Assembly (NCBI GenBank): GCA_024704765.1
Contig: JAKMXF010000310.1
Coordinates: 782,400 to 846,399 of the forward strand
Length of the DNA stretch: 64,000 nt
Reading direction: 5' to 3'
DNA from: Oopsacas minuta
Lineage: Eukaryota; Animalia; Porifera
The notes under the pieces are model-generated. The model had not been told where the DNA came from, made no database searches, and saw only the letters and a program-made list of their open reading frames with translations. Positions 47,845-60,512 of this stretch are shown here, in pieces (position 1 is the first letter of the stretch; each line of letters opens with the position of its first letter). The translations under genes were made by a program, and so were the position numbers.

Positions 47845-48951
47845 TGGAATATCTAATTCATGTGCTCAGAGTATTTGTTGGTGTAGTATCCAGTTCAATG
47901 GTTTGCTAAAATGTATTAATAAAATGTCGATCTAAAGACATGAGTGCAACTCGACAAAGCTGATTAGCTGTTGAAAATTGGAAACATTTTATGAGTAAAA
48001 ATATTAACATGCATGATAGGTTTGCCATACGTAGTTGTCAACCTGATGGGCCTGAAGTGAGACTCACAGATTCGTGGACAGTCTCACTTTCAATTTCTTC
48101 GACGCAAGGAAGTGATAACAGTGAAATATTCACGAAAAAAAGTATTCCATCATTGTGATAGCTATGAATCGTAATAGTTAGCCTTATTGGTTCTCATCCT
48201 TTCAAAACTAGCCAAATTACAATAATCTTGACCACATCTCACAAATGACAACTATGAACTATGATTAAAATATACTCATACTCTGCGATCTCATATTTAA
48301 ACTGTATAGTGCCTCTGTGCGGAATATTCACTTTAACATCAAACTTTCCAAAGCAAACAAATTACTAGCAAGAGATCTTTGTACAATAATCAGAACAATT
48401 AGAACAACAACGAATATTGAAAGACAGACAATATAAACCAGCAGTTTAGTAGAGTTACATTTAGAACTAATTTGTGAGATTCTTTAAAACTATAAACTTA
48501 TAAGTTACGTGATTGTTTATTTTGACTGTATTTAATTCATGGCCGTAGCTTTGGGTCATTTTTTGTAATAACAATGTTAGCTCTATTACTGATGGGTGCC
48601 TGAGTTGGTTCGGTTATATTAGATGGCCGAATCGGTTGTCCTGAGCTTGCTACGGTGCTAAATGAGAAATGTAAAACATATCCTTCATTCAACTGGGCTA
48701 ACTAAGAGAGTAGGGAATTAAAAATCCTACGCAACACGAACTGTTTGTTCTTATGACAAAAAATTCGAGGCACGAAGTATTCGTAAGCCGTGCAGCGTGA
48801 GCACTTGAAGCTGCTGTTTGATTATTCACAATATAAGATATTGGATTATTAACTAATTGGTCAATCATTCAGTGTATACCTTACTAGAATTGATTGAATT
48901 TATTCTAACTTTCTACAATTTGTAATTTACGACTGAAACAAGATAAAGCAA

Positions 48952-49620
48952 ATGGCTACAGCTAATCCTCCGAGAGGGAAAGAGAATATAGAAGATCATT
49001 TTGTGTTGGAATTGAGTCAAATAAAAGAGAAAATATAAACAACACTGGGGGAAGTAAACATGTTGGGAGAGGTGGTACAGAAAGTGAGAGGAAGTGATAC
49101 TACAAGCAAGAAATATCCTCTAGTGAGTCTTTGTAAGAAAGGAACAGCGGATGAACAACTTAACAGGCCACGAAGTATCACAATAGATAACCAACAGGAA
49201 TATTTATATAGCGATCAATGTAATCAATGCGTTATTGACAGTACTGCTGAGTATTTATTCAATTTCGGAGACAGGAAGGGTAACTGTAAAATGAGGTTAC
49301 CGAATTTTTAGTGATTTGTAGAAATAGAGTTCTTATTTCTCAAGCTAACAAAGTTCTATATCCAGAATTTTCAGCTAAATGGTTAATTTACCTCCAAAGT
49401 TGGTAAACCTGGAAACGGTGAATTAGAGTTTAATTATCCATGGGGTCTAACAATCGATGAATCAAATGTTTACATTTGTAGTCATTATAGAGATACTTTT
49501 AGAAAACCTTCATTACAAGTCCCAATGTGCTAAAGCTATTCTCAAAGGACCCCACGATATCAAACTCAATCAAGACTACATTTTTATACTGGTCTACACA
49601 TTTTCAGCAAAGTATGATTG
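48952..49620 (+). pseudogene. Degraded coiled-coil/NHL-repeat gene
   Basis: MATANPP... with an in-frame stop, then KKGTADEQLNRPRSITID, YLFNFGDRKG, and later GKPGNGELEFNYPWGLTID in a shifted frame. Confidence 0.6.
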
Positions 49621-50649
49621 ATAAATCTATCAATCATACTACAGTATTACTATTATCCGATTTAGCCATTCAATTTTCTACGAAGTCAATTCTTTTTCCT
49701 GTAGCATGAATGCGTCCTTTCTTACCCTCCCGTCCTTATTCGCATGAATAGTCCAATGCATAGTCCATTATTCCCGTTCCATTTCATAATTACAATGCTA
49801 CCAACTTCTTCTATAAGACACGGCTTATCGTATATGTAGCTCAATACATAACTTCTCTAGGCCAAACGTTGTTTGGAGCAAGGAGACAATTTCTATCAAA
49901 CTGTTGTCCGGACTCACTAGGACAGATCACAGCTGTAACTACGCAAAATTCCTTTTTTCATGTCCTTACTGTAACAGTAAGGAAAGCATTAGCCCTTTAT
50001 AACTACATGTAATATTCAACTTTATCAATATGTATTATGCACCCTTATATACTTGATAATTGTCATATACGAAAGCATTAATTATATAGAATTATTCGGA
50101 TAATAGAGTGAGAAATACTGTAGAATTTAGGTCAAAAATAAAATCAACCTCATTACTAGTGTTATAAGCCTTATTTGAGTTATTTCGACGTTCAAATTAT
50201 TACGGTCTATCAAAATAGTCAGAGGTAAACCTGCCGATCAAGATTTCGACCGGTACTCGACTGATCAACCCTGACCAGTGGGGCTCCTTCCCCGATGAAA
50301 AGGACACAAACAAACAACCTTGAGCTGCACTACAAGTCTATCAGCTGGACATTTTTATTTTAATGTATATAGAAATCTCCCCCTCCAACCAAGCGCGCGC
50401 TAGGAGTGCCTCGAAATGTCAAAATCGACTGTCTAATACTGGGGTATATTCGTATCTCGTTTTCGAGGTTTTTTATTGTAATTTACCACTGGTTCAGTAG
50501 CTTTAATATGAAATGTGTTTATCGTGTTGAGTATTAATTACATAATTATTACTATTACTATGCTTCCACCAATCTCCAATGAAAGTTACTATACACGTCT
50601 AATGTGTCTTCATGGTATATTTTGAATACTTTCAAAGCTATTTTACGAC

Positions 50650-51507
50650 ATGACGGATAGGATAGTTTCTAAAAGACTCTTTTCAATAAGATACAAAACT
50701 TCTTTCCTAGAAAACTTAGCAAAAAAGAGATCAATACTATATCGTGATATCACATTATCTGGAGACCTAATAATAATAGCTTGTGTTTCTATCCATGGTT
50801 ATATTTCTGTTATTTCACAATACGGAAAAGAGCTCTATAGAATCGGTACTGGTTCTGTCCGGTCGCCGTATGGTCTATGTGCTAGTTTTGACTTCATCTA
50901 CGTTACAGACATATATTTTCATACTCTAGGGAAGTATTCTCTAAACGGAAGGTTAATCGCTAGAATAGGGAAGCAGGGTGGAAATAATGGAGAGTTTGAC
51001 TTACCTTATGGACTTACAGTAGACAATACTGGTAATATTCTCTATGTTACTGATAATCGGAATCATCGCATACAAGTATTCACATCAGATTTAGAGTTTA
51101 TTACGTCATTCGGTACAAATATATTTAATAGAGTATCTGATGTTAAGAGTTGTGTAGACGGCTCTATTGTGGTTCTAGATAATTCTGGAAGGAGATTACA
51201 CAAACTTAGTCCAGATTTTTACCAAGTACGAACTGTTCACACTCACATACCCCCTGTTAATCTCATTACATTGTACTATCCTCTGTTTTTCTGTGTAGAC
51301 ACATCAGATAATATCTTCATATCCGATCGCTATTCATTCTGTATTCAAGTGTTTGATTCTAATCTAGTGCATTTGAGCTCTTTCATTGGTAATGTTTTGT
51401 CAGATAAAATGAAATTAGATCCGAAGGGAATAGTTTGTGATGACAATGGTGTAATTATGTGCCTCAGTGATTCTGGACCTTTTATAAGAATTTTCAAAGC
51501 TTCTTAA
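50650..51507 (+). CDS. NHL-repeat beta-propeller protein
   Basis: SPYGLC, IGKQGGNNGEFDLPYGLTVD...LYVTDNRNHRIQVF, IFISDRYSFCIQVFD, PKGIVCD. Confidence 0.85.
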   Translation: MTDRIVSKRLFSIRYKTSFLENLAKKRSILYRDITLSGDLIIIACVSIHGYISVISQYGKELYRIGTGSVRSPYGLCASFDFIYVTDIYFHTLGKYSLNGRLIARIGKQGGNNGEFDLPYGLTVDNTGNILYVTDNRNHRIQVFTSDLEFITSFGTNIFNRVSDVKSCVDGSIVVLDNSGRRLHKLSPDFYQVRTVHTHIPPVNLITLYYPLFFCVDTSDNIFISDRYSFCIQVFDSNLVHLSSFIGNVLSDKMKLDPKGIVCDDNGVIMCLSDSGPFIRIFKAS

Positions 51508-52162
51508 TATTGTTTTATTGTTGTATATTTTACAAAGCTTTATGTTATATTTTGCTCAAATCATTAGTATACAAACGCTCTATCCTTCTAAAATCCGCTA
51601 TTATTGTATTCCGAATTAATTGGTACGTACAGTCGATTCTCTTGAACACTAACATGTAATTTTAGTTGTAATGATAATTTGAGGGTGAATAACATATTAT
51701 ATAGGCCCTAGGCATGAAGAATGATGGGACTTGTACTGATGGTAATTTTGCGAGTGATGTGAGCAACCTCTTGTGGGATCCAGGGTGAGAGGGGGTATTG
51801 TATTATTATAAATTATTTATAGTAAATTTCAGGTCGACAGGCCCTGGCACTCTGCCCCCCCGTCAGCACCCCAACGTGACGCCACTGGAGATTACACTTT
51901 TTGACCTCTGAAAAAGCGTGAGAGTTGGAATCTCTGCAGTGGAGGAAAGGTCCGGCTATCTTTCGTGGCAGCGGGTGTCCGGAAGCCCCATGACACCCAC
52001 GGCGGCGCCTGTTACACTTCTGATACCACTCTCCTCCCCTTGTCGCGGTACGCAACGTTTGAACAGCCCCTGTTCTATAATAATTATCATTTCAAACTTA
52101 TCCGTTGTATTTAATTAACGGTAATCTCAATTGTTCTATTCAAACTATACATAGATTGATTA

Positions 52163-52873
52163 ATGGCAACTGACAGTCCTTCTGTAATTGCTACTCACGT
52201 TATATTTGACCTGGACGGTTTACTGTTAGAGACAGAGAGTATCTACACACAAGTTACACAATCTATTATCAATAGATTCGATAAGATCTACACATGGGAG
52301 GTCAAATCTAAGGTAATCGGTAAGCCTCCATTAGAGGCTACTAGAACACTTCTGCATGAACTGGAAATATCCAGTGAGCAGTTGACACCTGAACAGTTCC
52401 TATCTGAGTGTGAGGAAGGATTCAATAAGCTGTTTCCTACCTGTGTGTTGATGCCAGGAGCTGAGTTGTTGATAAGACATTTCCATAAGCTAGGAATACC
52501 TTTAGCATTAGCTACCAGCTCTGGAAAGCGACACTTAGATGTCAAGATATCTCGACATCAAGAAATATTCTCTCTCTTCAAGGTACTGGTTCATGGAGAA
52601 GATCCTGAGATCAAGCTAGGCAAACCTGCTCCTGATATATTCCAGATAGCAGCCAGGCGGTTTCCGATCCCTCCAAAATCTCCATCTGATGTTATAGTAT
52701 TTGAAGATTCATTCAGTGGGATTTTAGCTGCAAAAGCTGCTAATATGAATGCAGTTTGGATACCAGACAGCAACAATAAACCCACTCATGAACAAATTGC
52801 CATAGCTCATCAAGTTGCTACACAATTGGATAAAGTAGACCTATCTATGTTCAGTCTCCCTAATTGTAGTTAA
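52163..52873 (+). CDS. PUDP: Pseudouridine-5'-phosphatase (HAD family, HDHD1/GS1)
   Basis: VIFDLDGLLLETESIYT, LMPGAELLIRH, PLALATSS, GKPAPDIF, VFEDSFSGILAAKAA. Confidence 0.88.
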   Translation: MATDSPSVIATHVIFDLDGLLLETESIYTQVTQSIINRFDKIYTWEVKSKVIGKPPLEATRTLLHELEISSEQLTPEQFLSECEEGFNKLFPTCVLMPGAELLIRHFHKLGIPLALATSSGKRHLDVKISRHQEIFSLFKVLVHGEDPEIKLGKPAPDIFQIAARRFPIPPKSPSDVIVFEDSFSGILAAKAANMNAVWIPDSNNKPTHEQIAIAHQVATQLDKVDLSMFSLPNCS

Positions 52874-52892
52874 TGTTATATCATATTACTTA

Positions 52893-53103
52893 CCGTATTT
52901 CTCCGAATAAGCTCCGGGGGTTTCATATGAACGAAAAAAATAAGCGCCGGTCTATTATAGTTTCCCGTTTTAATAAACGCTAGGGATTGAAATTCATTGA
53001 TCAGTAAAGGTATACGTATATGGCATACCACAAGTTTGAATGAATGAGTAATGTTTACATTATGATTCTATCGATTAAAAAACTGAAAGTCGGCGAAATA
53101 CGG
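52893..53103. mobile_element. pogo-type MITE
   Basis: TA|CCGTATTTCTCCGA...TCGGCGAAATACGG|TA. Confidence 0.75.
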
Positions 53104-53133
53104 TATTCGTTATTACATATTCGAATAAGTACA

Positions 53134-53693
53134 TCATAAAGGCTGCTCCGTTGTAGTTAGCAACACCCTCTCCATTGTGTTCAGCTTGGCCATCCCAAGG
53201 TTGCGTTGTGTCCCGAAGATGAGGAATCTATGTGCATCGTCTTCCCCAGAGTCATAGAGTAGGAACTGTTCCCCCTTGGCTGTCCGCTGGTATTCTGCAG
53301 GTAGAACCAACTCTGCTAGAGCGGTAGGCTCTACTGGAGCTGATAATACACTTGCACGCGGACGCTGGATCGTCCGTTTCAGGCTGTTCAGCTTAGGTAG
53401 TTTAGCAGCAGTACCCTCTGATGCTGTTAGCATGCTCTCACCGATTATGTGGTGTGAGCTATCCTGTGTGTCCCGTGCTCTCTCTTGATGCCTGCCTTTA
53501 TCTCACAGCAGGCCATAGCCTGCATATCAGGTGCATGCAGATGCTCATTCATACGCTTCACTATCTCCATTCCCTTCGTATGAACCCTTGCTTTACACTC
53601 TCCTCTCTGCTCACACTGCCAATGTGTCATTTCTCCAACTCTCCTGTGCACCAAATATAGGTATCCTCCTAGCGGAATACCGACAATTCGCAC
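53134..53693 (-). mobile_element. MULE/FLYWCH transposase remnant
   Basis: GGYLYLVH...HWQCEQRGECKARVHT...EHLH (FLYWCH), then LPKLNSLKRTIQR...GEQFLLYDSG...RFLIFGT; frameshifted and truncated. Confidence 0.75.
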
Positions 53694-54419
53694 CTAATTT
53701 GATTGGTCAATTGATTCCGAATATGATTTTTCGCATCGTATGATCAATTTTTGTTGTTCTTTATGTACATAAACTAAAGAAATTTCAAAAAGTCCGTATA
53801 CTTTTAACGGGTACAGAGGTAATCGAGTGTTCGAATAGCATATCGTGAATATTCGACTTAGAGGTGACTTTCAAAACATACATAGGATACTTAGTAATAC
53901 AAAACACAAATTATCAGTTGATTAGGAGTAACCTAGGCGCCCGAAAGGTGCCTATTGAGGACACTTCGTGTCCCCAACCGCGTACCGCAAGGAAGAGTAG
54001 CTTGTATATGTTGAATTTTCAAAGATACAAGTAGTAAAATATGGATTGCACAATCTGTGACCAAAGAATTTATCCATACATTTGGAAAAAATATAAATAA
54101 AATCATTCCAGATTTATCATAATACATATTAGAGGCTCAGAGGCTCCCTCAATGCCAAAATAGTGTGGGAAACGCTGCCTACAATCTATTTCCCAGATAG
54201 AAATGACGTCATCTAAATGCTTACGAAGCAAATTTGTTGACAAAAATGCTCCAATTTGTAAGCACTGTAGAGGAATTAATCGTCTTGCATATATTTTCTA
54301 TATCCCCTTCTTGACTTCTTCCCATAGCCTGATAATATATTGGTGTCGTATCTCTAAGAATGCTGACGAATCTTGAAAATGAACATATACGTTATAATGA
54401 TTGCGTCGTATACTTGTAG

Positions 54420-54804
54420 GTTCGAAGCAAGTCTCCTACAAGCAGTAGGATCCTCAGACTAAAAGGATACTAACAGCTCATCAGAGAGCAAGTTATATCG
54501 TGTCTACCAGATGGCTGGATTCTCTGATCCTATCTACGCTGAAGCATATATATATATATATGGACATCAGTATGACATCATTCTTGATATCCTGATTGTT
54601 AACCAGACTCCTGATACTCTACAAGGAGTCCTGTTGGAACTAGCTACTCATGGAGATCTGAAACTAGTCGAGAAACCATCTCAGATAAATCTAGCTTCAC
54701 AAGACTTCGCTAATATCAAAGCAGCAGTGAAAGTTTCATCCACCGCAAATGGAGTTATTTTCGGTAATATTGTGTATGATGTAGCCGGCACTGCATCCTC
54801 TTAG
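54420..54804 (+). pseudogene. COPB1: Coatomer beta (COPB1) appendage-domain fragment
   Basis: [11 protein letters not shown]...[19 protein letters not shown]...[14 protein letters not shown]...[27 protein letters not shown]; in-frame TAA at about 54460, ends at a TAG abutting a hAT remnant. Confidence 0.85.
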
Positions 54805-54812
54805 GCTTGTTT

Positions 54813-55500
54813 TTATCTGCAAATTGGCAAACAAATTGCTCTTTGAGATCTGATATAAAATCCGTATACACATGAGCTTATCAATTGATTGATGTGCGTG
54901 GAGTGTAGGAAAATGAACAAAATTTCCTCATTCACTTGAAATTCCCATAATTGCAACTTCATCTCAAAGGCATAAATATGATTATAAAGAACATTGATCA
55001 GTTGATTCTTTGCTTGCAGTTTCAAATTTAGTGGTTACTAATATCCACCAGAAATGTAAATCCGCCGTCCATTTTTTATCATTGACCTCTAGAACTGCCA
55101 TACCCTTTGTCCACAAACCTGGCCAAATCATCTCTCACTTGATATACTCGCTGCAACATAGCACCTCTGCTCAACCAACGCACTTCATCATAGTACAGTA
55201 AATCGTCATATTGATTATCCATCTCTTCTAACAGTTGCTGAAATCGTGGAAGATATAATCCCCTCTGTGCGAACAAAGTTACTAATTTATTAACTGCTCG
55301 CATCACTTCTTGCATTTTTATGGATTTCACGCACAAGGTTTCGAGCTGAATAATTCAGGGTGTTCTAAAGTTGTCTTTCGATCCCACTATTTTGCATCTC
55401 TTTTCCATAAGAGAAACAGCTCCGTTCGCTTTCCAGATCATAGCTGGAGCACCATCTGTTGTTACCCCACAAATATTATTTAGCCTTAACTGCGTCAAAG
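54813..55500 (-). mobile_element. Charlie/SPIN (GTF2IRD2-like) hAT transposase remnant
   Basis: GVTTDGAPAM, DLLYYDEVRWLSRGAMLQRV, KLQAKNQLI...AFEMKLQLWE in broken frames. Confidence 0.8.
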
Positions 55501-56427
55501 TATATCTTTTCAGTTTAGTTTACAATTGAGCCAACTGTTCAATTTGAAGTGTAGTCTCCTCTTTTACTTTTTCCAAGATTTCAGTTTCCTCAATTCCTGA
55601 GAATGCTCTTTAGGAACTTGTTAGTTTCTTCACAAAACTAATTCTTCCTATTGCTTCCAGATATTAGATATTTCTCTCAGGTTAGTTTGTATGTAGCCTT
55701 TCCCAAACAATAAATTCAATACTATTTCATATTTACAACATCTTTTGTCATATTCACATGAATCACCCTCCAATTCCAATGTATAATTCTTCTTTTAGTA
55801 ATTTGACTGTCAGTCTCTCCTACTGTTCATCACCTACTATATATGTCGATTGGTATAGCCATGGAATATCACATGCTAAGGCTAATAATTCGTATGATTT
55901 GATCATACGTTAGCCATTCGGATAACCTATTCGAAGCTCTCAGTTATTTTGTTTCCATTTGAATACAAAGTTAGTCAAGGTTAGGTTGAGTTGTAAGAAC
56001 CGTGTAAGTATCATCATTGAAGCATATTACGTGCATGTAAGGCACTAGTCGATCCTTCTAAGAAGGCTTGTGATCTGACCAGGTGTGTAGTTAGCATTGA
56101 GGCAGAGGAGGTAATTACTTCCTCGCTTTTTCGCCCTTTGCCTAATCTCTCTATGGTAAATCCTAATTTAATGAGGCAAATATACAGCCTTGCCCACTCG
56201 CTCGAGTTAATCTTCGACCAATTTATTTATTTGCTAATTAGATAAACGTAAAACTGAGGTGACCAAAATGTTCACGGTTGGACCAATTTTTCAGGGGGAC
56301 CGAAATATTCGTGACAGTATTAACTCTAATGACTATTATACGTGTTGTTTCAGTGCGTTTTGCAGCTATTTACCTTGTTGTGACAGAATTTTACCTTATT
56401 TATCCTACTCAAATATAGCGCTTGCAC

Positions 56428-56588
56428 TACTCACTTTTTAATACCTCGATTACGTAACATTCACACACTTACTCCTATACTAGTATTTCAAATTATATCA
56501 ATCATTAACTTCAATGACTAATCAGGGTTTGTTGGTACAAAAACGACAAAATGACCTTTGCACCCCCAGTCTGTGGAAATAACCAAAT
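56428..56588. repeat. About 160-bp direct repeat, second copy at 59294-59453
   Basis: TACTCACTTTTTAATACCTCGATTACGTAACAT...CAGGGTTTGTTGGTA...GAAATAACCAA in both. Confidence 0.85.
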
Positions 56589-57336
56589 GTTGTTCTTATG
56601 TGTGCTATTTACTCATTAAAACTTACCGTTCGCGGTTTCCACTATTCGCAGATGATATTTTGTGACTTGCTTTGTTTTTCGCGACTCATTATCTCAACTA
56701 TTCGCGGTTTTCCCTACACACATCAGCAATTTGATAGAATTTCATAGTTTTTCTCAATCTTTTCTATATTGTATATTATCATCATATGTATTGTATTTTC
56801 CGCACCAGCATTATATCATGTAACTCATTACCTCAATATTTGCAGTTTTGATATGTGTTAAGACTAAATAGTTATTTTTTCAAGAAACAAGCTTTACTAT
56901 CCTTTGCACATGGCCAAGTATTGGAACTCTTGATTTTCAACTCATTTTGTAAATAAACCCAATAATTTCACTCATAATTATTATCTATTATTGATTCTGT
57001 TTGTGTTTATTAGCTGTTTATGTGTTGTCCTGAAATCTAGGAACATAACCCAACTATTCTCATATAGCTATAGTCTCGTATTTCGCGAATTTGTCGTCCA
57101 CGGCAATTTACAGGAACGTAATCCCCGCGAATGGCGAGGGATACCTGTATTCTCAAAAGTTATTAGTTAACTTTTTGAGTGCATATTTGGGTCATTATTT
57201 ATATATTTTCACACCTTTATTAGCCGCTAAAATTGTCTATTTGGAGCATGACTTTATATTAGCATTGATTATCTTAGTTGTTGTTTTGTTCTTATTGTGT
57301 AAATATTCTTCATAGCAACTAAGTATTGTGAAAGGA

Positions 57337-59024
57337 ATGTCATTAATTCCACGCGTTACAAAACTCTATCAATCAAACTTGGCTAGCATAGCCTTGTTAG
57401 AATCCCAGCTGGAGGATGTCCAATCAAAACTCGAAATTTCAGAAACGTACAAGCAACTTCTCAAAGAAAACCAAAAGTTGACCGAAGAGAATAATCAATT
57501 GACAAGTCAGCTGATTGAGTTAAAATTATGGCACGGAGAATTGCATGTGTCGCTTCCAGATGATTCATCGCCTAAACCAATTGTATTCCCATTGAAGAGA
57601 GCATGTGAAGCTGGCCAATCGGAATCCGAGCCTTCTCCAAAACTTGACAAGCGAGATTCTATAGAGAAACCAAGACAGTTGCCTCAGCTTATTATAGGTG
57701 GAAAAATAGGCACTCAAGAGACCCAGGGGGTAGATGTACCCAGGGGAACTCAGGGAGGTAAGAGGGCAGATATACCCATGGGTGCTGAGGGTGTTAAGAA
57801 GACAGAAAAGGTCAAAGGAGCAGGTAAGCTGAAGAGTGTCTCCAAACCTCCAGCAGATGATATACCAGATATCAGTAAGATGGATTTTAGAATCGGTAAA
57901 GTTCTTGAGGTAAGACATATTCCTAGCCAATTTATGCTTTACTTACATTATATGAATGAATACCAATGCATTCCTATTACATTCGCAGGTTTCTAAGCAT
58001 CCTAACGCTGATACTCTGTACATTGAAACAATAGACTGTGGTGATGGTGAAGGGAAAGCGAGAACCGTTGTAAGTGGTCTAGTTGGTAAGATAGCCATAC
58101 AGGATATTCAAGATAGAACTATTATAGGTACTATTTATACTTTATCTTTAAGACTAAACTACGAATACAAGGAGACACACTTTTCAGGCCTGACATGTGT
58201 TTTGAATGAGAACCAATCGGACAATTTCGGCACAAGTTTTCATTGACTACTTATTTTACTCCGTAAGAGTGTATAGTATAGTTTGGTTAACATGTACACC
58301 GGGGGATTGCCAAAATTTGTACTCCTTATCCGGAGATACGTCTTAACCGTGTTCGTATTAATGAGACTCTATCTTAGTTAGAATTATGCCATACTTTTCT
58401 TTGGAAAAGTTCTCTCATAAATAATACATACCCCACCCCCCACTTATTATTTCACTACGAATGTTTCTTTAACCAGAGTGTTTCGAGTCAATTTGTATAG
58501 CACTTCCTCTAAAGAGGGTATTTTCAATTTAACAGTAGACCCTGCTTTAATAGGATCACTTCGGGACCAGGTCATTTTGTCACGATAGAGAATCAATATA
58601 TTTGTCTTAATAACAACTATTTAACAACTTTTACATGGTTCTGTTTCTGGCTGAGTGACCCTTTAATTGTATTTATGACACTATTCTATTATTATTTATA
58701 GTTTGCTGTAACCTAAAACCGAGAGATATAAAAGGAGTTATGTCATATGCTATGGTCATGTGCGCGAGTGCTAATGATGAGAAATGTACCACAGAATTCA
58801 TTGATCCTCCTCCAGGCTGCGTGCCAGGAGAACCTATCCTATTCGATGGGTATCCACATAAACCGGAAATACAACTCCATCCAAAAAAGAAAATTCTTGA
58901 TAAAGTCCTGGTCGAGCTGAACACAAATGGAGAAGGTGTTGCTAACTACAAAGGAGCAGCCTTTACAGTAGCGGATAAAGGAATTTGCATGGCTAAAACT
59001 CTCAGAAATACTATCATTAAATGA
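57337..59024 (+). CDS. AIMP1: AIMP1/p43 (EMAP II-like tRNA-binding OB fold), 3 exons
   Basis: Exons 57337-57909, 57989-58127, 58702-59024 (GT-AG; phases 0 and 1). N-terminal coiled coil; DISKMDFRIGKVLEV|SKHPNADTLY...RTVVSGLV...CNLKP...GVMSYAMVMCAS...PPPGCVPGE. Confidence 0.92.
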
Positions 59025-59423
59025 TTTATACCAGATTAGATTCCTGTAGATTAGATTCACTTGTATCTTAAATTTAGAAGATTGTTACTGGAACAACTGA
59101 AACAGACAGAGGGGCACGTGGTCTAGTCAGGGGTCTGGGGCGTTATACTCCTCGTATAGGGTACATGAGCGATCCTGCACATATTCTAGGCTTTGGAATT
59201 GAAGATTCGAGGTCCTCTCTGTCCATATCGAAATGATGATGCTGCATTTATTCGAAAATTTAAACATAACGCGTCTCAAATGCAGCGCATCGTTACTCAC
59301 TTTTTAATACCTCGATTACGTAACATCCACACACTTACTCCTATACTAGTATTTCAATTTATAACAATCGTTTAACTTCAATGACTAATCAGGGTTTGTT
59401 GGTAGAAAATGACAAAATGACCT

Positions 59424-59684
59424 TTGCACTCTCAGTCTGTAGAAATAACCAATGTCCTGTATGTGCTGGATTATACTAACAAACTGAAGTCATTAACTGA
59501 GTTGAACTTCTCTTGTGTAGAACTATTTGTCACAAGATTGCTCTATCTGTGTACAGGACTAGCTTACCATAAGTCTATCAGACGGTTAACTGTATTAGAG
59601 TGTAAACAGACTTCTGTAAGCTGTGAGCCTATAACTAACTTCATCCCTACTCTCCAACGACTGGCGTATCTACATGTATATTAA
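59424..59684 (+). pseudogene. Possible leucine-rich-repeat fragment
   Basis: LKSLTELNFSC...LCTGLAYHKSIRRLTVLEC has RNase-inhibitor-like LRR spacing; short, and starts inside a dispersed repeat. Confidence 0.3.
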
Positions 59685-60193
59685 CGCTAATTTAGCTAGG
59701 GAAATTGTAAGGCCCCCCCCTAATTCATTGGATTGGTTTCCGATATGTTAGCCATTTACGGACCTCAGGGGTCCCCAAAATGCCTGTGTTGTAGGCCCTG
59801 TGTAAACTGGTTTTGGGACCAGGTGATTTAGGGACCCTTGGTTCCCGAAAACACAAGAAAATCCAGCGATCTAGGCCTCATCACCTTTGAAGCTGAGGCG
59901 ACGCCGCGGCTGAGAGTATAGACACGAATGGAGATGTGTGAACTGGTATGTTGTCCACAATTCTTCTGTTTTGACCTAGCTGGTAATATTATAATACGCG
60001 ATACTGATCACCATTCCTTCAAGATATTCACGCAATGAGGAGAATTCATACACTCTTAGGAAGTAAAGGAAAGAAGAGAGGAGAAGTTATCTATCTATAT
60101 TGCCTTGGTATCTTTATATTCATTATATCCAATAATCCTAAATACACATTACAATGTTTTAGCTTATTTATTTATTTATTATTTTACAGTATA

Positions 60194-60342
60194 CAGTCAA
60201 CTCCTGTTATATCAAAGCTCAAGGGATTGCGATAATTACTTCGGTAAAAGTGGAGTTCGATATAACCAATTCAATTTATGTCAATTTTTTTGGGACCAAT
60301 TCGTACTATTTCAGTCCTCGGCGGTATAACGGGAGGTGACTG
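60194..60342. mobile_element. pogo-type MITE
   Basis: TA|CAGTCAACTCCTGTTATA...TATAACGGGAGGTGACTG|TA. Confidence 0.75.
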
Positions 60343-60512
60343 TATGAATCTTTTTTCAGCATTTATTTTATGCACATTTATGCTCTAACTTGATAACTTC
60401 CTCTACCCTCCTGAATTTACTAATTCCAGGAAGTCAAGCTAGTATCTGGTTACAAGATTTATGTATCAGATGAATTACAGACAACTGACAATTGCAGTAC
60501 AGTTTAATTTAG

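Noticed and set aside
52190-52240. PUDP inactivation (LLLETE instead of LLDTE)
   Set aside because: The catalytic DxD (DLDG), motif II Thr/Ser, Lys and ED motifs are intact; the change is conservative.
57091-57315. Small membrane-protein ORF upstream of AIMP1
   Set aside because: Non-ATG start, low-complexity AT-rich composition, overlaps the likely AIMP1 promoter/5' UTR.
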